64,000 bases of DNA from NCBI RefSeq assembly GCF_988243305.1, contig NZ_OZ547136.1; one strand, written 5' to 3'. The position numbers and the translations under genes are program-made. Within the stretch, counting starts at the first letter, position 1; every line of letters starts with the position of its first letter. Of the stretch, positions 62,240-64,000 are shown one piece after another. The notes under the pieces were generated by a model. It was not told where the DNA came from, searched no databases, and saw nothing but the letters and a program-made list of their open reading frames with translations.

Positions 62240-62240
<1 letters not shown>

Positions 62241-62560
62241 TGAATCGAATTTATGCGTGTCCCGTTGCGGATGTGCCGGAGGGTGAGGCTCTCCGGATCG
62301 ATACCTCGCCCGTCATCGCCTTGTTCAACGTGGGCGGCGAGTTTTATGCCATTAACGATCGTTGCAGCCATGGTAATGCGTCGATGTCAGAAGGGTATCT
62401 GGAAGATGACGCCACGGTGGAGTGCCCGCTGCACGCCGCCAGTTTTTGCCTGAAAACGGGGAAAGCATTATGCCTGCCCGCCACCGATCCGCTAACCACT
62501 TATCCAGTACACGTTGAAGGTGGTGACATCTTCATCGACTTACCGGAGGCGCAGCCATGA
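62240..62560 (+). CDS. hcaC: 3-phenylpropionate dioxygenase ferredoxin component (Rieske)
   Basis: 106-aa ORF with CSHG...CPLH Rieske ligands; start overlaps the hcaF stop. Confidence 0.95.
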
Positions 62561-63369
62561 GCGATCTGCATAACGAGTCCATCTTTATTACCGGCGGCGG
62601 ATCGGGATTAGGCCTGGCGCTGGTCGAGCGATTTATCGAAGAAGGCGCGCAGGTTGCCACACTGGAACTGTCGGCGGCAAAAGTCGCCAGTCTGCGTCAG
62701 CGATTTGGCGAACATATTCTGGCGGTGGAAGGTAACGTGACCTGCTATGCCGATTATCAACGCGCGGTCGATCAGATCCTGACTCGTTCTGGCAAGCTGG
62801 ATTGTTTTATCGGCAATGCGGGCATCTGGGATCACAATGCCTCACTGGTTAATACTCCCGCAGAGACGCTCGAAACCGGCTTCCACGAGCTGTTTAACGT
62901 CAACGTACTCGGTTACCTGCTGGGCGCAAAAGCCTGCGCTCCGGCGTTAATCGCCAGTGAAGGCAGCATGATTTTCACACTGTCAAATGCCGCCTGGTAT
63001 CCCGGCGGCGGTGGCCCGCTGTACACCGCCAGTAAACATGCCGCAACCGGACTTATTCGCCAACTGGCTTATGAACTGGCACCGAAAGTGCGGGTGAATG
63101 GCGTCGGCCCGTGTGGTATGGCCAGCGACCTGCGCGGCCCACAGGCGCTCGGGCAAAGTGAAACCTCGATAATGCAGTCTCTGACGCCGGAGAAAATTGC
63201 CGCCATTTTACCGCTGCAATTTTTCCCGCAACCGGCGGATTTTACGGGTCCGTATGTGATGTTGGCATCGCGGCGCAATAATCGCGCATTAAGCGGTGTG
63301 ATGATCAACGCTGATGCGGGTTTAGCGATTCGCGGCATTCGCCACGTAGCGGCTGGGCTGGATCTTTAA
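62557..63369 (+). CDS. hcaB: cis-dihydrodiol dehydrogenase (SDR family)
   Basis: 270-aa ORF with NAD-binding motif TGGGSGLG; start overlaps the hcaC stop (ATGA). Confidence 0.95.

Positions 63370-64000
<631 letters not shown>

Overview
This window reads as an Escherichia coli chromosomal segment running from ppk to the start of hcaD. The core gene order is ppk-ppx-pdeF(yfgF)-yfgG-yfgH-yfgI / guaA-guaB / xseA / yfgJ-der-bamB-yfgM-hisS-ispG-rodZ-rlmN-ndk-pbpC-yfhM / sseA / sseB-pepB / iscX-fdx-hscA-hscB-iscA-iscU-iscS-iscR / trmJ / suhB-yfhR-csiE / hcaT-hcaR / hcaEFCBD. Gene identities were assigned by recognising the translated ORFs from memory, not by any database search. Two accessory segments interrupt this backbone. 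(1) About 3.3 kb (roughly 7956-11220), AT-rich, between yfgI and guaA, carries a 504-aa ABC-type ATPase fused to a TOPRIM/DUF4435-like domain (OLD/PARIS/Gabija-like defence architecture), a truncated DDE transposase remnant, and a 256-aa protein with two N-terminal transmembrane helices and a C-terminal CheY-like receiver-like domain. This is the best candidate for an uncharacterised system, most plausibly an anti-phage defence or abortive-infection module. (2) About 11.6 kb (16005-27586) between xseA and yfgJ encodes a sinH-sinI-ratA-like adhesin locus resembling the Salmonella CS54 island: an inverse autotransporter, a small secreted paralogue of its passenger domain, and a 2680-aa repeat protein. 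No rRNA, tRNA or CRISPR array was seen. Several track ORFs carry N-terminal extensions beyond the likely true start; these are corrected in the feature list.
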